From Candidatus Hydrogenedentota bacterium (GTDB taxonomy: Bacteria; Hydrogenedentota; Hydrogenedentia; Hydrogenedentales; SLHB01), in NCBI GenBank assembly GCA_045863295.1, contig BTWA01000007.1, forward strand, positions 136,469-200,468: 64,000 nt of DNA, written 5' to 3'. A program made the translations under genes and the position numbers. Shown in pieces: positions 39,564-46,873 of the stretch. Position 1 is the stretch's first letter. Each line of letters starts with the position of its first letter. A model generated the notes under the pieces. The model did not search any database. It was given only the letters and a program-made list of their open reading frames with translations, and had not been told where the DNA came from.

Positions 39564-40832
39564 CTACCGTAAGGCGACCACCACTGCATTGTCAGGGTGT
39601 TGCATCGTACCATTCACTCCTGTGAACAGTGTGCCGTCGGCTGAGAGAGCCATTCCTTCGCTAAAGCCTCCGTCAGACTTGCCGACGGCTTTACTCCAGC
39701 GCGTTTTGCCAGTGGCTTTTTCAACGGCGTACGCGGTACCTGTTCCGTTCAACCCGAAAAAAAGCAAGTCTTTCCCGGCAACGAGGCCACTTACGTCAAT
39801 TCCGCGGTCGAAAACTTTTCGCCAACGCTCTTTTCCGTCGAGATCGAGCGCATACAACACTGGAGCCGGAGCCATGTAACTGCTGTAGACTCCGGACGCA
39901 TCCATGGCGCGCAATCGTAGCGCACCTTTTCCCTCGACCCGATAAATCCACTTGCGCGCATGGGTTCGTCCGGCTTCCCCTATCGCGTACAAAAGTCCGA
40001 ATTCCTCGCACTGTATATAGATCGTGCCATTCACGTCTACGGCCGGTATGCTCCACGCAAACGAATGTCCCTCGGATTGCTCAGGACTCCACGCCCACTT
40101 GTCCGAGCCATCTGCCGTGTTCACCGCGTACAGGTAAGCAACCTTGTTCGCGGTTCGTCCGATATACATTGTCTCTTGATCGGTGGAAAGAGCAGGGGAG
40201 GAAGCATTGCCTGTTGCCCCGTCGGGAAAACGATGAATCCAAAGCGGCTCTCCGTCTCGGGGATTAAGTTTTTGAACTGTGTCCGTGTCACGGGGATAAA
40301 CGTAGATAGATCCCTCTTCATCCACCAGAAGGGCCGACGTTATTGGATCGAGGTCGTGTGTAAGGTGACGTTCCCAGCGCAACGCGCCCGAATTTCGCTC
40401 AAAGCAGCGAATCCAGCCGAATCGAAATCCCATAACAATGCCGCCATCCCTCGTCAGAGCGGGTACGCTCAATTGGGACACGCTGGCTGGATACCCGGCC
40501 GTTGCTGGGTCCCATTGCCATGTGTATCGCCAACGCTCCTTGCCCTTGGGCGAAATGGAAACCAGAATACCGCGCCCTTCATAGTTCCGTGGTTTACCTT
40601 CGCCGCCCGCGGGAGCCGCAGTGGCATACACATTGCCTGCCTCGTCCACAACGGGCTGGGTTAGCGATTCTCCCACTATGTCCGTTGTAAACTCCCACAG
40701 GATGGTAGGCTCTGACAATGGTCCATCCACGGCGACTTCGCCCGTTCGCTGTGCATTTCCTCCCGCCATAGGAAATTGACACCAGGCCGATGTCATACAT
40801 ACAAGGAGAAGCGGAACAATACGAAGATACAA
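39564..40832 (-). CDS. PQQ-like beta-propeller repeat protein, secreted
   Basis: Repeated G..RW/KW blades; N-terminal FPMAGGNAQRTG. Confidence 0.8.
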   Translation of the reverse strand: MYLRIVPLLLVCMTSAWCQFPMAGGNAQRTGEVAVDGPLSEPTILWEFTTDIVGESLTQPVVDEAGNVYATAAPAGGEGKPRNYEGRGILVSISPKGKERWRYTWQWDPATAGYPASVSQLSVPALTRDGGIVMGFRFGWIRCFERNSGALRWERHLTHDLDPITSALLVDEEGSIYVYPRDTDTVQKLNPRDGEPLWIHRFPDGATGNASSPALSTDQETMYIGRTANKVAYLYAVNTADGSDKWAWSPEQSEGHSFAWSIPAVDVNGTIYIQCEEFGLLYAIGEAGRTHARKWIYRVEGKGALRLRAMDASGVYSSYMAPAPVLYALDLDGKERWRKVFDRGIDVSGLVAGKDLLFFGLNGTGTAYAVEKATGKTRWSKAVGKSDGGFSEGMALSADGTLFTGVNGTMQHPDNAVVVALR

Positions 40833-40834
40833 CT

Positions 40835-42631
40835 TCAGTTCTCCTTCTCGATAACAAACGAATCCTTCACGGAGCCATCCACGCCAATCGCCTGCATGGT
40901 CAGTTTGTTGCCGTCAATTTCATAACGGTCGCACATGAGTCCGCCTCCTACCCAGGCTTCCACCAAGGCTGGTTTAGGACGGTCCGAATCGAACTCGCGC
41001 CCGGGTATCGAAATAGCGGTCACGTATACTGTTCCGTCTGCTGGGGAATCGACCACGGAACCACCTTTCACGGGATAGGTGCGTGTGTGCGTGTGAATGT
41101 GTCCCGTCAGCACCACATCCACATGGTATTCATCAAAGGCTGTCGCCCAATACTTCTGCAGTGCCGACGGTTGGTCTTCGCGTGTATACATTGGAAAATG
41201 GAACAGGGCGATTTTCCAGGTTGCCGTGCTTTGCGCCAGTTTCTCCCGCAACCATTCGCCTTGGAGTCCTGTCGGGCTCATCACGTCAAGCACAAAAAAC
41301 TCGGCGTTGCCGTAACGAAACGTATAGGCCCGCTCGGGTCGAATTCCCTCAGGCCCGTTTTCTGGCAATCCAAAGACTTCCAAGTATATATCCGGCGGAA
41401 AACCCAGTTGTGCATCATGATTGCCTATGGCCGGCATGACCGGTCGTGTGCGATACATTGCCTCGCCGTAGGCCAGTGTTTCGTCATAGTCCTGGCGCTC
41501 CATTCCCGTTCGCACAAGATCCCCGGAGATAAGACAGAAACTGGTGTCCGGATATGCCTTAAACGTATCGCGCAGCAGTTTGCCCCAGTGTTCGTTGCTG
41601 TGTGTGTCACTGCAATGAAAAAAGCTGAATTTCGCGGGATTGGCGGGCGCCGTGGTAAAGGCCGCGGGGGTGCTCCACAAGTCCTTTTCCCTCACCCCTG
41701 CTTGATACTCGTACGTCGTACCGGGCTCGAGTCCCGCAATCAATCCGGTATACCAGTGGCAATACCGGTCATTGGCCAGCATCCGGTCTTCCATTCTTAC
41801 CGGTGCAACATCGATTTCATGCTTCGTGCTGTCACCTTGCTTCCAGTAGCGAATCACGCCGTCGCTTACCGTGTCCTTGGTTCGCCAATTTACGGTTTGC
41901 GTTGTTTTTGGGTCGTCGCTCCACGTCAAATAGACTGGGCTCGGACGTTCCGTCGCGGGAAATTTTGTCTGGCGGAATCCACCAACCAGATGCGATTCCC
42001 TTCCGCGGCCGCGGATCGTCGTTAAAAGTTGTTGCCCCACTAAAGCAACTGGCACCTCGGTTAACACCAATTCTGTCCAATCGTTGTAGCACAGCGCGCC
42101 GACCTTGGTCTCCACGATAGGAAATCGATCCGGGGAAAGATTCGAAATGGTCACCTTTTTAGAGGAGTCTTTGGCGCCAACGGAAACCAGATAATGCGGC
42201 CGGTGATATTCGAAGCCGTTGATTCCCAATTCAACTTTTCCGGCAGGGAATTCCTTTTGCCATACTTCGTATTGCCAATCTTCCATGTTCCTGGCGGTCA
42301 GATCCGTTTTCTTGAATCCGGCCGGCTCAAGCCAGAAAGGAATTACTTCTTGTTTCACGTCACGTAGTATCGACACCACTACCGGCATGTCTGCTGTAAA
42401 TGACAGGTGTTTCGTCGCCAGCACAGCTAACTCGTCCGGTGTCAGCAACGTCATAACCTTCGCATTGTCCAGCGCGTACAACTCCTCCATGGGCATAGAC
42501 GCGTAGAACCGCGTGATTACGTTGTCCATTACCGTATCCACCGTATCGGCGGCCCGGGCAGTCAGAACGACCAGCAACGAGAGTACGCCTGCAATCAGGA
42601 CTTTTTTGACACTGTAGAAACCACACAACAT
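40835..42631 (-). CDS. Purple-acid-phosphatase-like metallophosphoesterase with FN3-like domain
   Basis: SDTH, GDLV, GNHD, FHFP, GHIH motifs; GLEPGTTYEY; RBS AAGGAG before ATG 42631. Confidence 0.88.
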   Translation of the reverse strand: MLCGFYSVKKVLIAGVLSLLVVLTARAADTVDTVMDNVITRFYASMPMEELYALDNAKVMTLLTPDELAVLATKHLSFTADMPVVVSILRDVKQEVIPFWLEPAGFKKTDLTARNMEDWQYEVWQKEFPAGKVELGINGFEYHRPHYLVSVGAKDSSKKVTISNLSPDRFPIVETKVGALCYNDWTELVLTEVPVALVGQQLLTTIRGRGRESHLVGGFRQTKFPATERPSPVYLTWSDDPKTTQTVNWRTKDTVSDGVIRYWKQGDSTKHEIDVAPVRMEDRMLANDRYCHWYTGLIAGLEPGTTYEYQAGVREKDLWSTPAAFTTAPANPAKFSFFHCSDTHSNEHWGKLLRDTFKAYPDTSFCLISGDLVRTGMERQDYDETLAYGEAMYRTRPVMPAIGNHDAQLGFPPDIYLEVFGLPENGPEGIRPERAYTFRYGNAEFFVLDVMSPTGLQGEWLREKLAQSTATWKIALFHFPMYTREDQPSALQKYWATAFDEYHVDVVLTGHIHTHTRTYPVKGGSVVDSPADGTVYVTAISIPGREFDSDRPKPALVEAWVGGGLMCDRYEIDGNKLTMQAIGVDGSVKDSFVIEKEN

Positions 42632-42744
42632 GTCATAACTCCTTGAGCGCGATGTTAGGGGTGCAATATGGGTTTCGCCCATGATCGATATCTTGCGGAC
42701 ACCATAAACGACGAAGCGCGTGCGGTTCTACCGAATTGATGGAA

Positions 42745-43557
42745 TCACCTGTCCGGGCTTTCGTGCAATCTCAGGAGCTCCGGTGCCCGATCAGTCTGAA
42801 GCCAGTCCACGCCGCATTCGAGCATACGAGTCCACACCGCCGGTATGTCTGCTTCATCCAATACTTTTGCCTGTACTTTTATCCCTAAAGCATGAAATCG
42901 GGCGCAGACATCCGGAGTGACTTCATTGTGATTGATTTCGACCGCCGAGGGCTTCCATTTCGCGACCCAATCTTCGATGCCGTAATCCGTATGCCATTTG
43001 GGCATAATTGGGATCTGCCCTTTGGAGAGTAACCGTACCTTTTCGAGTACTTCGACGCTGTCAAATACGACGACTTGGTTCGCCATGTCTGCATCAAGTA
43101 TCTCATGGACAATTAACTCCGGATCGATTGATTTGCAGTCCAGATAGAGATTTAGCCGGTTTCGCGCGATGGTCAGACATTCTTTCAGGGTCAGAATACG
43201 CTCGCCCTTGAACTGATCAGAAAAATGCGACCCGGCATCAAGCAACTTAATCTCGGCCAGAGTCAAATCGGAGACCGCCCCCGTGCCGTCAGTCTTGCCG
43301 TCTACCGTGCTGTCGTGAAACACGATGTGTTGGCCATCCTTCGTCAACCGGACATCCACTTCGGCCCATTCAATCCTTAGGTCAACGCAGCGGTCCAGCG
43401 CGGGCCGCGTATTCTCCGGCGCGTCCGACATGGCACCGCGATGGGCCATGACCTGAAAGCGCCTCGGTGGAGAAATGGGTTCAAAGAACTCGGCTGCTTT
43501 GGAAACGCTTGAAATGATAATCAAAAGGGCCAGCGAGGTGAACAAGTAGATACGCAT
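42745..43557 (-). CDS. Glycerophosphodiester phosphodiesterase family protein
   Basis: AHRGA...APENT; EVDVRLTKDG...FHD; GVD..QTDR. Confidence 0.92.
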   Translation of the reverse strand: MRIYLFTSLALLIIISSVSKAAEFFEPISPPRRFQVMAHRGAMSDAPENTRPALDRCVDLRIEWAEVDVRLTKDGQHIVFHDSTVDGKTDGTGAVSDLTLAEIKLLDAGSHFSDQFKGERILTLKECLTIARNRLNLYLDCKSIDPELIVHEILDADMANQVVVFDSVEVLEKVRLLSKGQIPIMPKWHTDYGIEDWVAKWKPSAVEINHNEVTPDVCARFHALGIKVQAKVLDEADIPAVWTRMLECGVDWLQTDRAPELLRLHESPDR

Positions 43558-43686
43558 GAGAACTCTTCCTTATGGATCCTGCACAAAAGGCATTCTTGCC
43601 ATTCGCGGGGATTCACTTGTCGCTGACGGTCGAGTGACGCAATCGTCTATTCTGGAGTTGCACCCTGATTGTGGCAGAATGAAGGC

Positions 43687-44616
43687 ATGTCTGCCAATGC
43701 GCTCGACCAGTTTCTCCATCACCTTACGACCGAACGTGGCTATTCGCCTCATACCGTCCGCGCTTACATGCAGGATATCGAACAATTCTGCGTGTACCTA
43801 GAGGAAGGTCCGGCTGGTCTCGACAAACCTGCGGAGGAACGGCCGCAACCCTCACTTTCTGTACTGCGCCGGGCGCAGCGGGTCGACGTGCGCGCTTATT
43901 TGGCCCATGTTCAAACGCACGGCGGCACGCCCAAAACCGCAGCGCGAAAACTCGCTTCGTTACGAGCGGCCTACCGATTCTTTATGCGCGTTGGCGAACT
44001 CGACATGAACCCCGCACAAAGTGTCAAATCGCCCAAGCTGCGGCGCGATCTGCCGGATGTACTCAGTATCCCGGAAGTTACCGCGTTACTGGAGGCACCG
44101 GACGCAGGCGAACCGCTTGGCGTCCGCGATCGCGCACTGTTGGAGACCCTCTACTCCAGCGGCATCCGCGCCGCGGAACTCGCCGGGCTCTCGTTGCGCG
44201 ACGTCGACATAGTCGGCGGCACGATCAAAGTACTGGGCAAAAGGCGAAAAGAGCGAATAGCCTACCTGGGCCGACCCGCCGGAGAAGCACTCACGGAATA
44301 CCTGCGAATCCGCGTTCAATTGGGCAATCCACGCCACGAACGGCTCTTCGTCAACTTCCGCGGCGGTCCACTGACGACTCGAAGTGTGCAACGGGTTGTC
44401 GAGAAATACGTTCTGCAAGTGCTGCCCATGCGAAAGGAAGTCTCGCCCCACACCCTTCGTCATACCTTTGCTACGCATATGCTTAACGCGGGGGCCGACT
44501 TACGTGTTGTCCAGGAACTCCTGGGGCACGAAAGCCTTTCCAGCACGCAAATCTACACCCATGTCAGCATCGACCGCCTGAAGGAAATCTATCGCGACAC
44601 CCATCCACATGCGTGA
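43687..44616 (+). CDS. xerC: Tyrosine recombinase XerC-like
   Basis: SPHTVRAY, RKLASLR, RDRALLETLYSSGIR, GKRRKER, HTLRHTFATH, LGHESLSSTQIYTH. Confidence 0.88.
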   Translation: MSANALDQFLHHLTTERGYSPHTVRAYMQDIEQFCVYLEEGPAGLDKPAEERPQPSLSVLRRAQRVDVRAYLAHVQTHGGTPKTAARKLASLRAAYRFFMRVGELDMNPAQSVKSPKLRRDLPDVLSIPEVTALLEAPDAGEPLGVRDRALLETLYSSGIRAAELAGLSLRDVDIVGGTIKVLGKRRKERIAYLGRPAGEALTEYLRIRVQLGNPRHERLFVNFRGGPLTTRSVQRVVEKYVLQVLPMRKEVSPHTLRHTFATHMLNAGADLRVVQELLGHESLSSTQIYTHVSIDRLKEIYRDTHPHA

Positions 44617-44646
44617 TGGGACTAGGGTACAGTTGTTAACTTACTG

Positions 44647-44676
44647 TTGACACGCCACCTTGACTTGTGCGATACT
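44647..44676 (+). promoter_or_regulatory. Sigma70 promoter of the retron cassette
   Basis: TTGACA (44647-52), 18-nt spacer containing an extended -10 TG, GATACT (44671-76). Confidence 0.6.
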
Positions 44677-44682
44677 ACGCAA

Positions 44683-45086
44683 GTACCCCAAGGTGTAGAC
44701 AATTCACAGGAGGGCAAACTTCAGTTTAGGGTCGACGCGATGTAGTAATCTCTGGGTCTGAACGTGGCCATGCTAAATGGTCGCCTCCTCCCACCAGGAG
44801 GTAGGTCCCCCGCCCGCGTGTCAGGATGTATGCCTGTTAGTCTCGTGGTATCTCCGGTGTGCTTGCGTGGCAAGTGACTCTGGTATTGACGTGCCACAGA
44901 ACTCGTAGCAAGTGTTGACAGGATACGCTGCGTGGACCTCATATAGCGCAAACAAATGTTTCGCTATCAGTTCATGAAGGACCGGTGAGTCACATTGTAG
45001 TGGCGAGCCGGGCGGCCTGAAGAACAATACCCAGAGAAGGGAGGTGAATCCATATGGATACGCAATCTGAAGTTCGCGTCGCCCCT
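44683..45086 (+). ncRNA. Putative retron msr-msd non-coding RNA, overlapping the start of the small ORF (boundaries approximate)
   Basis: Flanking complementary pairs 44749-57/45029-37 (9/9) and 44728-40/45074-86 (12/13); small hairpins 44766-82 and 44784-801; long interrupted stem 44803-44939; hairpin 44943-67; lies upstream of a retron RT. Confidence 0.65.
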
Positions 45087-45518
45087 GGCCAGCAAGCTGC
45101 AGTCGATAAGTTGGATGCCATGATCAAGTTGCTACGATCATCCGTCCACAAGGTGGAGCAGCGTGATGGCCAAGGCTGCGCAGAGCTGCGACTGGTTTTG
45201 GCTGAGGCCGAAGAGATCTTGGCAATACTGAAATCCGATCGGGCAGCCAATGCGATCGATTGGAAAAAGATTGGTCAAGTGCTCCGGTTTCTTTTGGACC
45301 TGTTGAAAGTGGTCTGTTCCTTTTATAACTGTGTATTCCCCAGATGGAGAGGTAATGGACACTGGGTTGATCATAAAGAAGATACGCGTAAGCGAGTCTC
45401 TGACACAGGACGAGCTTGCCACCGAACTGGATGTTACGCGAGCATATCTTTCCCAAGTGGAAAATGGTCGAAAACACTGCAGCTTAGACTTATTGCGCAA
45501 AGTCGCGCAGAGATTTGA
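45054..45518 (+). CDS. Small helical protein, putative retron effector/toxin (3' end uncertain, overlaps HTH gene)
   Basis: Strong SD GGGAGGTGA (45039-47); first ~90 aa helical with amphipathic IDWKKIGQVLRFLLDLLKVV; the last 164 nt overlap the HTH ORF. Confidence 0.55.
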   Translation: MDTQSEVRVAPGQQAAVDKLDAMIKLLRSSVHKVEQRDGQGCAELRLVLAEAEEILAILKSDRAANAIDWKKIGQVLRFLLDLLKVVCSFYNCVFPRWRGNGHWVDHKEDTRKRVSDTGRACHRTGCYASISFPSGKWSKTLQLRLIAQSRAEI

Positions 45519-45657
45519 TATTCCCATTGCTCTATTGCTGGCGTGGGAAGATGATGCAAGTGTCGATGCGGAGTTAAACGGGAGGTTACAACGGTTATTC
45601 ATGGAGATTCTTTCCGCAAGAATTGCTAAGACCCAGTCTCCCAGGCCCACTGGCTGA
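45355..45657 (+). CDS. XRE-family helix-turn-helix protein (retron-associated)
   Basis: IKKIR....LTQDELA..LDVTRAYLSQVENG motif; purine-rich GGAGAGG just upstream; 11 nt upstream of the RT start. Confidence 0.88.
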   Translation: MDTGLIIKKIRVSESLTQDELATELDVTRAYLSQVENGRKHCSLDLLRKVAQRFDIPIALLLAWEDDASVDAELNGRLQRLFMEILSARIAKTQSPRPTG

Positions 45658-45668
45658 ATTAGGCCGTC

Positions 45669-46604
45669 ATGAAGGGGGCTAAATCTGACGCACTTGAAAT
45701 CCGATCCATGGCGCACCTTGCACTTTGCTTAGGCATAAGCCCGGCAGCGCTGCATGATCTGCTCGCTAATCCTGACAGCTTGTATAGAACATGGTCACAG
45801 ACGAAGAAAGGTAAGAAACGGGACTATTGTGAGCCGTTGGAGCCCTTGAAAACTGCACTGAGGAGTCTCAATGCGAGACTTCAAAAAGTAAAGCTCCCGC
45901 CATATTTCTATGGTGGAATTCGTGGCCGGTCGAATATTGACAATGCTAAGGCGCATGGCCCGAATCGCACACTTCTTAAGGCTGATATAAAGGATTTCTT
46001 TCCGAGTATAGATCGCCAAAGGGTACAAGTGATGTTCGAGAAAAAGTTGCGCTGTTCAGGTGAAGTTGCAAGAGCGATTTCTATTCTCTGTACCCATGAA
46101 GACCGGCTTCCCCAAGGGGCGCCAACGAGTACGATGATTGCGAATTTGGTAGTCGAGCACCTTGCTTTTAGACTGCATCGTCTTGCTCAATTCCATGGGG
46201 CCACCTTTACACAATTTGTTGACGATATCTCCATTTCGGGACCAAGCCATCTTATTCAACTTGAAGACCTCGTCGCTCGTATAATCGAAGAGGAGGGATT
46301 CACTTGCCATCCTCAGAAGCTCTGTACTTTAGGGAAATCCTCTGAGCAAGTGATCACGGGGGTAAGAGTGGATCATGGTTTAGATGTACCTCTGGAAAAA
46401 CTATCAGATGTAAGGTCAGAAATAGAAGAGCTAGCACATCTCAATTCTTCGGACGATGAACTGTACAGAAAGTCGATTCGGTCCATTGTGGGCAGAATCG
46501 CATACATTGGAAGTCTGAATAAGGGTTTGGGAAAACAACTTTCGTGTCGATTAAACGAAGTACTTGGAGACGCTGGTTTATCTGGACAAGTCAATCGAGC
46601 TTAG
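45669..46604 (+). CDS. Retron-type reverse transcriptase
   Basis: KKGKKR..P..LK; region X NAKAH (45942-56); DIKDFFPSI; LPQGAPTS..IAN; catalytic FVDD (46215-26); region Y ITG (46353-61); 311 aa with no maturase or endonuclease domain. Confidence 0.9.
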   Translation: MKGAKSDALEIRSMAHLALCLGISPAALHDLLANPDSLYRTWSQTKKGKKRDYCEPLEPLKTALRSLNARLQKVKLPPYFYGGIRGRSNIDNAKAHGPNRTLLKADIKDFFPSIDRQRVQVMFEKKLRCSGEVARAISILCTHEDRLPQGAPTSTMIANLVVEHLAFRLHRLAQFHGATFTQFVDDISISGPSHLIQLEDLVARIIEEEGFTCHPQKLCTLGKSSEQVITGVRVDHGLDVPLEKLSDVRSEIEELAHLNSSDDELYRKSIRSIVGRIAYIGSLNKGLGKQLSCRLNEVLGDAGLSGQVNRA

Positions 46605-46873
46605 CAATTACAAATCAAAATCGAATTGTCATGGCTGCCTTCTACATTCCATTGGTGTAACGATAGCCGCACTCCACGAGAGCACTTTCGAGATTTAAAG
46701 TCCTTTACGGTAGATACAATTGTTCTAGTTGCTTCAACCAATGCGGGCAATACTTGCATAGGCGATATATCCACGATCAGTCTACCAGTCGAAAAGTGTA
46801 CAATCTCGTTCCCAAATAACATACCATAGTGCCCGAAGCATTCGGCATTCTGTGCAACCTTGGACTAATGTAG

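Noticed and set aside
43687..44616. XerC-like recombinase as the integrase of the retron cassette
   Set aside because: It has host-like high GC and canonical chromosomal XerC length and motifs; I saw no att repeats or dif-like site at the cassette ends.
45669..46604. RT as a group II intron, DGR or CRISPR-associated RT
   Set aside because: It is short, has retron X/Y motifs, and has no maturase domain, TR/VR repeat pair, cas gene or array nearby.
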